A DNA stretch of 64,000 nucleotides from Chlorokybus atmophyticus (GCA_009103225.1 RHPI01000797.1:495064-559063); one strand, 5' to 3'. Shown: positions 38,636-54,530, counted from the first letter of the stretch. A program made the numbers and translations. Notes: generated by a model from the letters alone, not told the origin.

Positions 38636-39811
38636 CTATTTCTTGTCTCTCTGCTGCTTGGCCTTCTGTGCATTCTGTTTTGCATAGCACTTAGCCTCCC
38701 CATGACCTGTCTTCTTGCAGAAACTGCAAGTGATGATGGATTTGGCCGCGTTGTAGGGGCTAGCAGGATGAGATGGTTTCGCCTTTTTCACAAAAGGTTT
38801 GTTGTCAGTGGCCGGGCGCTTTGCAGCTGAAACCGGGGCTGCCTCTTTTGCCGTGGTTTGCATGTTGGCGTGAGAGCGCTTTACACTGTCCACAGCAGCA
38901 ACCATCTGCATCAGCATTGGTAAATCCGTCGAGGCCCACTCTTGCAAACTCGCGGGGTTGACGGCCACATGCTGCACGAGATCTGTGTCCAAGCCACGCC
39001 TGAACATATCCAGCTGATCAGCATCACTGATAGGTAGTTTGCCAGCATTGATCTTGCTGACAAACGACTGAAAATCCTGGATATACTGCTGAACCGGACG
39101 CCCGTTCTAACGCAGGTTGTGCAGCTAGTTGCGAGCAACCTGGGCAGGACCTGCGCCACCATAGTGCTGCTCCATGAAAAAGCATAACTGATTTACTTCC
39201 CGCCCGAGGTTTGTATCCCATTGCTTACGGCGGTACCACTCTGCCAGAGCATCGTTTGGGATCAGCAACTCAGCTACACGCAATCTCCCCTCCTCAGAAA
39301 TGTGAAGGGAGTTGACATAGTGTCGCAACTTCACAAGCCAGTTGAAGATGGCCGCTTGCTTGTTGGGAACAAACTCGGCAGGACGAGCAAGTGCTTGAAC
39401 AGGTGGACCACCGTCAGCACGCTGAAGACGCTCGATCATATTCAAAACACGTTTGCCTTCACCCATTTGCCCCTCCCAATCTCGCCCCATAAAGGTGGTG
39501 AGCTTTAAAACTTTTTCTGGAAAAAGGAAGAGAAAGTTCACGAATGAGACAATCGCCTCACGAGGGTCCTGATCATAGGTGCTAAGAAAATGCTCCATCA
39601 AGTCCTGCTGTGTCATGCGAATGGAAAACTCAGGGAATATAGAAGGTGATCTATCATCCACTGAAACTTCCGCAGCTTTGGCAGCTTGAGACTCATCAGG
39701 TGCATCATCCGGATTCGGAATATCTTCCATGGATGGAAATTCCTCCTCACGGGAAGGTTGCTCTTTTTCCGAGCTCTCCCCTTTTGAGGTGGGCACCGAG
39801 TTTTCTTCCAT
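38636..39811 (-). pseudogene. Chromovirus gag with CCHC zinc knuckle and two internal stops
   Basis: Retrotransposon gag-like sequence and CSFCKKTGHGEAKC; TAG at 39125-39127 and a second about 18 nt further on. Confidence 0.88.
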
Positions 39812-41251
39812 TTGTCTGCAAAACAGGCAGAATGGGATGGTGAGAACCTCACCAATGGACCAGGTTCAACGAGAGGATCAAAATGACCCCAAGTTGTAAA
39901 AGTCCCAAACAGAGTCCAAACCAGTCCCAAAATAGGAAAGGTTGGATCTGGAGTGTCACCAAACAGAACAAGTCTGAGTGGGACCAGAATGTCCTAACCC
40001 TGTGTTGTCCTCAACCAAGTCCCAATCTCCAGGCCGAAGCTAGAGGGGGAGAGTTTCAGACTAACAGGGTTTGGGAACAAATTGTCCCAGAACCTCCCCA
40101 CAACTGTCATAACCAAGTCCCGATCTCCAGGCCGAAGCCGCTTTGCCGAGTCGTTTGACCCGGGTCCGTAAGTTCCAAACCAAATTGTTCCCAAACCCTC
40201 CCCCTCTGGCAGGTCACAGGTATGTCACAGGCATGCAACAGGTAAGCCACAGGCATGCAACAGGCAAGCCGTACGGTGACTAACTGTGACATGCACTGGC
40301 AAGCACAATGACAAGCAATCACCGCATGCAATGATAGGCAATCACTGCAAGCAATGATAGTGCGCTAAGTGTGACAAACAATGATGGCACATTAGCAAGC
40401 CGCAATCACCGCATGCAATGACAGGCAATCGCTGCAAGCAATGATAGTGCACTGGCAAGTCACTATGTGTACACACGTGCACCTGGCAAGCACCTGGCAA
40501 GCACCTGACAAGCAGGCAAGTCACCGACGTGTGTGATGGTACCTCACACGTGGAGAGGCCGCCTCTTTGATAGGTGGCTTCAACGTGGAGGTAGCGCAGG
40601 GAAGCGAACTTGAAGCTTGGGCTGCGTGGACATAAAGGAGGCCGCCGCCGACGCCTTCTGATTGGCCAAAAGCAGGTCGCCGCCCCCTATAAGTACCCAC
40701 GTCACCCTCCAGCTCCTGGATACCAATGTAACAGCACCACCGTCGCCGGTGATGCCCCTGCAATCCTCTACCCCAACACCCACACCGCCTATGACAAGCC
40801 TTTCAACGGCGTGGCCGCCACTGAGCAGAGAACCGAAAGTCCCCACATCATATTGATGTGACCTTTTATATCAAGAGTACATCATTTATATACCTCTCGA
40901 TAATTACTCACAACTAGACATCGACCCTACAGATAGGGTAGTTAGGAAATCTAGCGTGAGCCAATCACAGCTCAGATAAGGTACTTATTGATAAGGTACC
41001 TATCCAAAGATACCTATCGTAAGGTACCTAACGAGATAGTGATCACATTATATCAAATGTGACACTAAATAGGCTTGAATCAGCGGTTCAACACCCATTG
41101 GGACTTATTTAAGCTATGATAAAGCATCTTAGCCTATAATAAGCGAGGAACCGTAGAAAAGAGGTATAAATAAGCATATTTAGATACTTATTCATACAAA
41201 ATGTGTTATTTAGGTAGCAATAATACCCCTATTATTATTGCTCCCGTTACA

Positions 41252-41575
41252 ATAGGGGTAGAGGTGGGGGTAGTGCCATAGGGATAGCTACGAGCGCTAG
41301 GAATATGGGTAGGAATAAATGGTAAGCATGGTAAGCATTCGCATATGCATAGGGATAAGAACACGGGTATAGATCATGATAGGGTTAGGGATAAGGGATG
41401 AGCCTTACGATATGAATAAGAATAGAGATAGGGGTAGTGGTAAGGAACAGGCATACAGGTAGCAGTAGTGTGATAGGGATATGGGTAGGGAACATAGATA
41501 TGGATATGGGAAGCGAAATAGAGTGGGTAATGAAGGGATAAAGATAGAGGAAGGGATAAGGGATAAGCACATTCC
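41252..41575. repeat. Degenerate (AGGGAT)n satellite
   Basis: Repeated GGGATA/GGGTAG variants; a few units continue left of the chromovirus TSD (34232-34253). Confidence 0.7.
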
Positions 41576-41599
41576 TGGGACCATCCTCGGTTTGGACGG

Positions 41600-43720
<2,121 letters not shown>

Positions 43721-44305
43721 TACCCCTATTCCTATCCCTATCCCTATTCGCCGGTACCGTGCGGAACGGCAGCAAAACAGACGCACACACAGAGGGCGCC
43801 GATTGGCGCTGTAGGGCAACACCTTCAAACAGCCCTGTTGCGCGCTGCATCGACATAGTCAATAATTGACCCAAAAACAAAGTCGGGTACCTTTTAACAT
43901 TGACAGCCTAACCGTGTCCATGTACGAAATTGGACAATGTAGTGTTAGGAATGCGTTAATGTGGAATATGTGCTCGTGTTATTCTTACCACAAAATGTGT
44001 ATTCCTGGGTATGGCAATACAACATGCAATTGTTTCAACAAATATATGGCCGGTTGTGTTTACGGGGTGCAAGGACATAAGTGATGCCAATGGATATGCG
44101 CACCCTGTTGCTGTTTAATCTTGATGAACTGAGGTTATCTCTCAGAGTATGCAATCTTGCACTATGCCCACTCTATTATGTTCACAGTCAACACACAAAC
44201 AGTCAGCGGGTAAGCCACCAGACAGAGTATGAACACCTATAAGCAGCAGGCAACAAGGGGCAGCTTATAAACCAGAGCTAAGCAGTCGTGTGTATAACTA
44301 CAATT

Positions 44306-46795
44306 CTAGTATCTGTAAACGCAGTTTCCATCATCTGAAACTGCAGTAGGGTCGAAGTTGCTGGCTTTCGGGTCTGTGCAGCCAGCATTCCTGTTAAGGC
44401 CGCCCATGACAGCAGCGCTTTGTCCTGCAGTGAAAGATAACTCTGAGACAATTCGGACAAGGAGAGCTGCATTTCAGCAGCAGGTTGCATACAGTTGCCT
44501 GCACAGTGATACATACCCTGTGCATGCAACATGACTTCTGGTAATATTACCTCATTTACCTGCAAACCGGTTGGCCTGATCCTCAATGTTGGCATTACCA
44601 AGGGCGGCACCAGTCATGTACTCATTGGCATACTGCACGCGCTTCACATTCTGCACAACAGCATCAGTGTAAAAAGAAAGCTGATGGACAAGACATCAAC
44701 CACAGCTCAGCATACTGGTGTCTTACCTGTTGCTCAGCGACAAGCATGTCACCATACTTAAAGAGGATCTCCTTGGTGATCCTGGGCTTCTCAAACTTCG
44801 GCGGCCCTTCCCTCGAGTTGACAAGGCGCTTGCCAATGTTGACAACACCGATGTCGGCAATCATCTTGCGAACTTCATCATCATACACACGCGATCGCAG
44901 AGCGCCGAAGAAATCTGGACAGTGCTAGCATTTAACCAACTGCTAATTGTTAATTGCATCACTGCAACCTGTTCAGCGCACTTACCAATGGACTGGCCAG
45001 GGTAGCGATCGATGATGTCGGCCACATCCCTATCACTGATGTTGTCAGGGGTGAAGATACCCTTGGCAACACCAATGCGATCCTCGCGGGTGGGAGCCCA
45101 ATAGAACTTCTCCATACGACCATCACGGATGAGCGGGGCGTACAGGGTGGAAAAGTCGTTGCCGGTACAGATAATGGGAACACGGGGAATCTCGTCCTGT
45201 TTGCAACAATACTCTTGTCAGGCAAAGCACGCGAGATGACTGTTTAATGGCAGTCACTAGGCTGCTTGAACGTGCAGGCTACCGAGTAGCAACAAACTTA
45301 CCTTGTTGTACATGCCGGGGAGCTGGACATTGGTAGGACTATCAGCAATGTTCCTGCACGTGATTGTGTCAGCTTCACCACGCAGGATAGACGATTTTCA
45401 AATGCAGAACAGGAAACGTATTGCCAGCTAAGCTCACATGAGGGTGGCGTTGACCATCTGGTTGTTGACAGTGTACTGGGTGGTGCCGCCCATGCGACCG
45501 GCACCAGCATCAAGATCGTTGATGAACAGGACACACATCTTTCCCTTCTTGATAACATCAGCAGCCTCACGGTACCGCTGGCGAATGAGCTTTGCGGGCT
45601 CACCAGCGTTGCCACTCTCCAACTCACCCGCGCTCATGACAATAGGGCTGGACAGTAAGGCAAGAACAGTCTCAGCCACAAGCAACACAACTGATACGCA
45701 TTCACTGCACGTTGCTGCATGTCTGGTTCTCACTTAATGCCCAGCATGCTGAAGAGCAGCTCGCACTGGAAAGACTTGCCCTGACCCTTGCCTCCCCAGA
45801 CACCAAGAATGAGGGGAACCTGCCATTATCACAGAGTGTCAACATGCAAGGGCAGGACACCAGCGCACGCAGGGAAAAAACGCATAGTTCTGACTGGCAC
45901 CTTGATGTTGGGAAGGGTCATGAAGTTCTTGGCAATGTGCAGGACAACCTTATCCATGAAGGAAGGGGCAATATAGAACTCGCCAACCTTATTGTCAGCG
46001 CCGGCGAAGCTGCATCACACAGGTACAGAACCAAGGATGAGCAGACTGAGACAGACTCAGCTGCAAGAGTGGTGGTGCAGCCGGGAAGGGCTGGGAATAC
46101 TTGCTCAGCAGGCGGTGTCGGCAAAACTCCATGCGCTCTGACAAACTAGCAACTTACTTGCGCTGGCCTGTTGAGATATAATCATAAGACGACATGATAG
46201 CGTTGTGGGTTCCACCAATGCCCTGGACACCCTGGAACTTGCTGTCAACCATGCCACGGCCACGAGCAATATCCTGCTGGTCATCGGATGCATCCTCGTG
46301 CAGCTTCCACCTGATAGTCACAACGTATCAATACTTATGCTTCATAGAGTTTGATCGAAAGAGTAAGTTCGACCGGACTGGCAACCTCACTAATGCGGCA
46401 AATATGTCAACCAAACCTGCAGCGTACATTCAGATACAGCAACTACACAACCAACCAAACTCTAAGAAAGGTCAGCGGTAGATGAATACCTGTCGACCTT
46501 CTTCTCTGCGGCGCACACAATCTTGCGCACTGGCGCAGGGGTGTTGCTCTGCTTCTTGGCAACGGGTGCCACATTTGCACGGGTGCCCAGGAAGCTGGAC
46601 TTTGAGGCAGGTGCCTGAGCAGCATGCGCACGCTGAGCTTGCCAGTCGCACCACACTCCCAAGACATAAGCTACAAACCAGCAGGCAAGCAAGCAGGCAG
46701 ACAAGCAAACCCTAGTTGCCAATGCAGCGGGGCAAGCCGGCACTGGCATCCCATCTTACCAAGCTGCAAGCAGCTGTTGCCGTGGACGTCGCCAT
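44306..46795 (-). CDS. RCA: Rubisco activase with chloroplast transit peptide and alpha-type two-Cys C-terminal extension; about 11 exons
   Basis: ATG at 46795; [19 protein letters not shown]; Walker [15 protein letters not shown]; [31 protein letters not shown]; [15 protein letters not shown]; [18 protein letters not shown]; final exon 44424-44306 encodes ...[26 protein letters not shown]. Confidence 0.96.
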
Positions 46796-47014
46796 GACTG
46801 CTCTGTGAGGCAACCCAAACGCTAACACCGTCGCCTCCGCCGCCGCCAACTGCACGCTGGCACCAACTTCCTACCCTGCTTGCACACAGGCCAAGCTTTG
46901 CTATGTCGAACTGCGGATTGTAGCAAAAAGCCTCAAGCAAAGCTGTAAAGCTTGAGGCTCTGGTGCACTTGGAGTTTGTCAACACGGGTTAGGTTCCGCG
47001 ATCTTGGCATCTAA

Positions 47015-47322
47015 CACGTGGTTTCTAACCGGAATTTCACCTTGTGTGCCGGGGAGGACGTCGTTACCTGACCAGCTGGTAACTGGAGACAGCTGGTCCC
47101 CTCGTTTCGAAGGGGATAAAGGGATAAACCTCAGTTCCGGGGTTTATCTGGTTATGTCGACCGGAACCGGTTCGGGTTACACATGAATGACGTAACACAG
47201 GCATTCGCTGCGTTATGCATCGCATTGAGCCACAACGGTTGAATTTGCTGATGTGGCCCACATTGTGCCGAAGAGCAAGACCTGACAGCCGGTACTGGGC
47301 GTAACTGGGCAACTCACACGTG
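47015..47322. promoter_or_regulatory. Two CACGTG (G-box) hexamers upstream of RCA
   Basis: CACGTG at 47015-47020 and 47317-47322, 220-530 bp upstream of the ATG. Short motif, may be chance. Confidence 0.2.
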
Positions 47323-47822
47323 GCACTGGCGTCGCCAACATGGACATGGGCGATTGGCAGGTCGCGGCTGGCCAAGAAACAGCCTGCCGGCCACATGCAT
47401 TGGTGGTTCGAGGCGACAACCACCGCTTTGCGAGCGCTGGCCGGTAGCAAGTAGTATTGCTTCGTAACGGCGACCTGCCGGTCTGCTAGCCGGGCAGAAT
47501 CTACTCGTTAACCCGATGCGGAAGTTGTTGAACATTCCAGAGGATTGCGGTCCGGCCAGTCAAGGACAGCGTGTGGCCGTCGTAAAATCCGGTGTCTCAT
47601 CAACACCCTTCCACATTCAGGCGGACATTAACCGGCAGGGGGTGATGCAGAAGCTCGCCCTGCAACAGGCAGCGCGTGCCTTGCTTTCAACTGCGCAGCA
47701 CTGTGTCCGGATGATTGACCATTGCCCGATGCATGGAGTCGTTGCGTGTCACGTGAACAGTATTGGCCGTGCCGTTACACCTGGATACCGGGGGAGAAGG
47801 GGAGGGGGGGGGGGGGGGGGGG

Positions 47823-47979
47823 NNNNNNNNNNNNNNNNNNNNNNNNNNNNNNNNNNNNNNNNNNNNNNNNNNNNNNNNNNNNNNNNNNNNNNNNNNNNNN
47901 NNNNNNNNNNNNNNNNNNNNNNNNNNNNNNNNNNNNNNNNNNNNNNNNNNNNNNNNNNNNNNNNNNNNNNNNNNNNNNN
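47823..47979. other. Assembly gap preceded by poly-G
   Basis: Run of N. Confidence 1.
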
Positions 47980-48795
47980 GGGTTAAAAATCATACAACCC
48001 TGCCCCCTTGACGAAACAATTCATCTATGAAATTAAACAGGTTATTCTGTTAGTAGCGTAAACATTGATAATTGAGAAAAAACAAGCGTCATATTGCTTG
48101 TCATCTTGCCAAGATGCCATATTAATGTATGCTGAGATGGTAAAATTGTAATGTGTCATTCATATGCATAACACAATTAAGTTTGTCAAACATTTATATA
48201 CAGGTTAGACCATTTGTTTTTATCTTACCATCTCAGCATACATTGGCAAGTAATAATGTATTTTTCATTAAAGATTGCTCATATTACATTGAAAGGCGTT
48301 ATGGTTGGTCTACCTATAATTTTAGGCTTTTAATAAAAAGGGTTTTTATGATTAGATTCTTTCTACGGTAAGCTAATATGATCACTTTAAGTTTCATCAC
48401 TTTTAAAAAGCCGTTCATAACATGCACGCAAACCATATGGCATAATTGCACAATAAGCACGTGCATGCGTAGCATGCATACAATGCATATCAAACGGCAT
48501 CACACACATGGATAAAACATGCCGCATGTTTGCATACACGCATGTGTAGCACGTAACATGTGATCGTGTTGATTACATAAATGCCTGCATAAAACATGCT
48601 ATGAAATTGAATGTAGATATAGCCAAACCGTGAATTACATGACGACATGCCATAATACAGTGTCGTTACCGCCGCTCTAAGGCAGGCGTTTTCTCAGCAC
48701 GTGACAACATGCCGCAATATAGTGTCATTATCGCCGCTCTAAAGCAAGGTCGTTTCAGCACGCACACCATAATTACGTTTTCGCATGTTGGGCAT

Positions 48796-49302
48796 TGTCA
48801 TGACTTAGGATACATTATGACAGACCTCACTTATGGTACTGTCTTTTGCTACCATAGTCTAGTGGTCAGGCCCCAAATGTTACAATGGTATCGGAGCTTG
48901 ACGTCTATGGTTCAATTCCCGTAACAAATTGAGGCAGATCCAAGGCAAAAACAAAAACATTTGAGGCGGCTTGCCCTAGGCTGGGCGCGGGATCACGACC
49001 TGCGCGCCGAGTTAGTTCAACGTAAGGCCGTATGAGCGGTCGTGCTGCGATGGCAGGTCGCGCGGTGAGGATGGCCGTTCGATCGGTCAGGACCGTTCGT
49101 GGGCCAGATGCAATAGGCCGCGGGCAGACTCATCGAGGCACGGCCGCGAACACGGCAACGTGGGCTAGTGCCTCATTGGATTATGAGGAACTCATGGGTG
49201 TAATTGGGGAGGAATGTCACGAATTGGGATAATTTGTGACAGACCTCACTCATGGCAGCGTCTTTTACTACCATAGCCTAGTGGTTAGGCTCAATTGGTA
49301 CA
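48796..49302 (+). mobile_element. TRIM family 1, complete copy C
   Basis: LTRs 48796-48884 and 49215-49302; PBS TGGTATCGGAGC; PPT TTGGGGAGGAA; TSD GGCAT. Confidence 0.92.
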
Positions 49303-49434
49303 GGCATGCGCATGTGCACAAGTTATGCTTTTATGGTAAGTAAGTAAATGCTGTACAACTTCACACATGTATAAGGTATACTTGAAGATAATCTTGGTAC
49401 CACGCACACGCGCAGGCGCTTGCACTTGCACGCG

Positions 49435-50012
<578 letters not shown>

Positions 50013-51337
50013 CGCACCTTGAAACACCCCCCTCCCTGTATATGCATGATTGTTGTCATGATGTTTTCCTAGACTATGACTACTGGTCAGGAACAAGGGC
50101 TTCTGTGAGGCAGTCTGCATTGCAGACACTTGTCACCCGCAGTGCACCACTGCCACCCCTCAAGCGTGCAGCCAAACTGCGACCACAAGGTCCCCAACAT
50201 ACGCCTCACGGGCTGGCAAGCATGCAGGACCCGGCACGACACAATGACAGCACACTTTGAGCTTGCACGAGCCCAAGGCGCACCTCTTGCCAAGAGCTTC
50301 TACTAATACTCCAACTCCACCACGCCAAGCAGCAATGTGCTGCCCCCTGTCTTGCACATTGCCTGGTGATGGTATACACGTACTGTGTGATGTATGCTGA
50401 AAAGGGCAGCATGGCGGCGGCGGCTGGTGGACAGAGCAGCGCCTGTCCCCTCAGCGGTTCGCTGTTTGCGACGACGCAGAAGCATCATGCTCATCCTGAA
50501 TGCGTCATCCTGGCCTAAAGTGACGTGAAAGCTGTCGCAAGCTGACGGCTTTGATGGAGTGGACAAGCGCAGGAGTGGGCATGCAGTGGGTTGATGGCAG
50601 CCTGGCATTGCGACGCAGCCCTGAAATGGGCAAGCTTCGTGTCTATGGACGGTGTCGTAGACTTCCGCCCTTGGTGGTGGTGGTTGCGCGAGGCGGCTGC
50701 CGCAAGGTGCTGCTGCCGCTGGCTATGCACTTGCGTGCGTAATTCAGCCATGCTGTCGTGTAGCACAGCGCTTGAGGGAGCAGCTATACTGGCTTTGATG
50801 ATTTGAGCTTGGGGCGAAGGAGTTGCAGCTGCGCCTACCGACCGCAGCTGCCGCCCTTGGAAGCGACCAGCTGTGACGCTGGGATCCACAGAGGTGCGTG
50901 TATGATCTAGCCGTAGCATGCAAATGGGTGCCTTTGACAATGTTAAAGAGCATTGCGTTGTTCAATGTTGGGATTATCACCAAAACTCGCCTTCTGTTGC
51001 TTGGCTGCGCCGTAATATGTTCGTTTGCCTGCTGTTTTGTGCATGGGCGTCAACAAGCTGTCACGTTGGGCTGTGCCTCCTTCGCAGCACAGCCGCCCAA
51101 TTTGGCACCACTACGGCTACTGTCTCATTGCAAGCGCAGCAATGCTATGCAGTTGTAGTGCATGCTGCATTCTAAAGTCTAGTCTGTTGGTCTCTCAGTC
51201 GGTTGTGCACCAACACAGAACTTGTCTTAAAGCAACCTTGAACACCAGTAGCTTGCCTCACAGTTCAATCAGGCTGAAGCCTTACCCTTGTCGTCTGTGT
51301 AGGCCAGGACATGGCGTGCGACTACAGCCTGTTTCAG

Positions 51338-51996
51338 GATCCGGAGAATTTCCGTGATCCTGAAAGCGGAACTCCATGTCCAAACAGTACTACATTCCAG
51401 GATGCTCTGCTCGACGAGTCACCAGGCACGCGGCCAGCAGAGCGGTCCACAGCAGCACCTGCTGCCAACATCAGGTCGCTGTCGCTACCATTGAAGAAGC
51501 TTTCGTCTTTGGGCCGTGCCGGTACCCGTGAGGAAGAGCAAGAGGTCCAGAAGAGCTTTATTCGCAGAACGGACACACCTCCCTCAGCCACGCACGGCGA
51601 GTCTCGCCGTGCGGCCACCATCGGCGCACGTGCTGACGGCCGTTCCTCACCTGATAATGCTGCCAGCACCATTGCCAAGCGCAATGCATCAAGCAGCGTG
51701 GAGCTCAGCCAGTCAGGCGTGGCGCACGTTGGATTCTCAACGCACCATTCGTCCTCGCGTATCCCTTCTCCCATCAGGCAGCCATCCACCATGCTGTATG
51801 GCACCGTATCCACTGAAGGGCCAGCAACTCTACAGCACCTGGAACCTGTCAGTATCGGTGGGCCTCAAGCAGGGCCTGCCGTTGTCCCTCGTGACAAGGA
51901 CAACGATGAGGCAGAAGAGCAGAAGGGCTCGCTTGTCATATCACTCAAGGACTGGCTCTCCCCTCATGCTGCTTCTCCAGGGTCCGCTTCCGCAGG
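51338..51996 (+). CDS. Probable internal exon of an unidentified S/A/P-rich protein
   Basis: Long open frame (ORF 51311-52153) beginning at a TTTCAG acceptor, with natural composition. No domain recognised; other exons not identified. Confidence 0.35.
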
Positions 51997-54453
51997 GTCT
52001 GGTGCGCAACAGTTGTGTGTGTGTATATGTACTGTGCTATTGTGTTATGTACTTGTGACAAGTGTTTTGAGCAGCAGTTACCAGCACTGTTGCGTGCAGG
52101 GCAAGTTGCGTAGGTTTGTGCTGATTACGCGGCATGCATTGCAGTTTGTATGAGGCTGATGGAGATTCGCGTATGCACAGAAGCTAAAAACATTGAAGGT
52201 GCCTTGCTTTGCATATCTTAGCAATGAGCATGTACCTGGAGTATCTAAACCATTCATCGCAGGTTGCACCGCCCCCATGCTTAATCACATGGCAAGATTT
52301 CACGTATGTACAGCGCGTCAAGTATGAACACGAGGTGAGGCACACACCCACACAGACGCGTGCACAGGATCGCGCATGCACATGCACGCACACTCGTGCA
52401 CGCGCGCTTACAAGCACAAGGACGTGCGCGGGTCTCTTGTGTGATTGTACGCAAGCACACATACGTATGTGCGAGCGCACAGCTCCGCACATGCTCACAG
52501 TCACGTGCACATGTGCAGTTGCGTGTATGCGAGACATGTATGCACACTTTCACACACATGTATGCATGCATGTCGGTGTGTGAGCGCGTTCTCGTACATG
52601 CACACATGCACGCAAGAGCTGTCGACACTTGGAAGTATGGCGGCCGCAAAATTGTTTTTTGCTGTATGGATAATGTACGCACAATGACACATGTTGTCTT
52701 GCAAGTGGTTGACGTTCCCAAGGCAGTGGTAAAGTTTTTCAAGAGGTTGCTGTGCATGACTGACCATGTAAAGGAGCCAGTGTTGCACAAGCTAACTGAC
52801 TTTACAGGCCGCTCTGACAGGCTACTTGTTCTCTCGGTGTGCAAAGCCTGGTGCACTGCTTTGCATTGCTCGTCAGTGCTTGCAAACTAGCTTTCCTGCT
52901 GACTGCTCGACTTAGGCCCCCCTGGGACAGAGAATTTGGGCTGAAATGTACTGGCTTAGCACATTAGGGCTTACCAGCTTGCGTGTGAAGCAGTGCACAA
53001 TCTCAGAATATGCTTTGATCGTCATACAGTGGTGCAAAAAACATTTATGTTGCATATGTGTGGTCTGTTGTAATGGAGTGGCCCTGTTGTTATCGAATGT
53101 TGATGAAATGTCACGCAAATTTGACTTATAAAGATAGCCAAATTATGGTATACTTAAGGTAAGCATAGGGTAAGTAACTTACCTAACTGGCACAGCAGCT
53201 CGTGTGGGCAGGTAGTGATAAACGTGTGCATGTACATGCATGTCTATCGGGGAAGGCTAGTAGCTGGTAGTTTAGTGCAGTAGATTAGCCCGGTGGTGAC
53301 AACGATGAAATGTGTACTAGTGTGCAAGTAATGCTTGAGTGGTTGTGATGCATTGCATGCGTGTGCCTAATAGCATGTCATATATCCTGTACACATCGGG
53401 TTACACGGGTGGGTCGTGCTGAAATCCTCAGTCTGAAACGGTTCTGGGTATGCCTGCCTAACGGCCTGCTAGGCTATTAGCAAGGTCTCATGTAAGACCC
53501 AAGGGGGCTCTAGAGAGCCTCCCGCCAGCCGCCATAGCCATCACTTCGTTGAAGGCAACTTGATGGATAGCGGTTGCGGCGGCAATGTTTGTGACGGCCA
53601 AGGGGTGCGTGGTCAGGAAGTCGCTGTTTGAGTAGGTATTCTGTGGCGTTAGCTCTCTCCTCAGGCTTCACTCAAGCCCCAGTGAGTCACATCTTAGTAG
53701 CCTCTGATGCATGTTTGCGTCTTGCTTGCACTGTGGCAGCTTCAAGCTAAGTTAGTGTCATCATGCTGTGTGCTGTTCATGATGATCTGGCGTGTTGTAT
53801 GTGGGCTATGTGTGACTATGTATTGTCACTCCTATAAGGCTGGCAAAAGTCGTTCTCCGTTCCTTACTTATGTTGGTAAGAACGGACCAAGTGGGATTTT
53901 CCATGTTATAAGAGAAGGTAAGTGCTTATGGCGTGTGCTCTCATGCGGTCCGCACTTGAGCCTATGAGGGCCTTTAGTGATGATAAACATACACATTGGC
54001 ATTGATGCTAAGCTAGCACAGAGCTGGTCAATGCCTTTGGCATGTGAGCCTTCGTTATTGCATGGCAAGTTGCCACATGTGTGACAGTTGCAAGGCAAGT
54101 GATGCTTATGGGAAATCCGCAAGTACATGTGTGCTAGGGGAGCCCAAGTTTGTGATTCCGAGGTAGGATTGTTATTCATATAAAACTCCACAGTGGTTTA
54201 ATGCTTCCGAGGTGGAGTTTGCAGGTTCCGATGTTGGAACAAGGTTAGGGCATAGGTGGCCTTAGACATCCTGTGTGGCAGGTCGGGAGAGCAGCATGTG
54301 GTATAAATGCTAATTTGCATATTTGGCAATGATCCGATCAATAATTTTCAATACATCAGTGTGTGTTTGCCTTACAAGAGGGCCACTTGTAAATGGGGGT
54401 GCGTATGTCATAACATGGTATGAGTCGTGATTAAATGGCATGTGGCTCCTCTT

Positions 54454-54530
54454 ATGGCAGCGACTTTTGCTGCTGCCGTAGCCTAGTGGTTAAGACGCCG
54501 ATGCTGAGCGGCAGAGGTTCGAATCCCATG
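54454..54530 (+). other. tRNA-derived (SINE-like) A/B-box module preceded by the TRIM-1 LTR hairpin
   Basis: ATGGCAGCGACTTTTGCTGC...; A box TAGCCTAGTGG 54479-54489; B box GGTTCGAATCC 54516-54526; no complete cloverleaf. Confidence 0.55.

Larger units (their letters stand above)
34254..41251 (-). mobile_element. Structurally complete but mutated chromovirus (Ty3/Gypsy with integrase chromodomain)
   Basis: LTRs 41251-40727 (525 bp) and 34783-34254 (530 bp) with TG..CA ends, differing by roughly 16 substitutions and one 5-nt indel by eye; TSD ATAGG; PBS TTGGTATCCAGGAGC; PPT AAGTGGGGGGAA. Confidence 0.97.

Noticed and set aside
44278-44610. 110-aa minus ORF as the RCA C-terminus via an acceptor at 44499
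   Set aside because: The 44425 acceptor gives the conserved two-Cys tail in another frame; this ORF has no RCA similarity.
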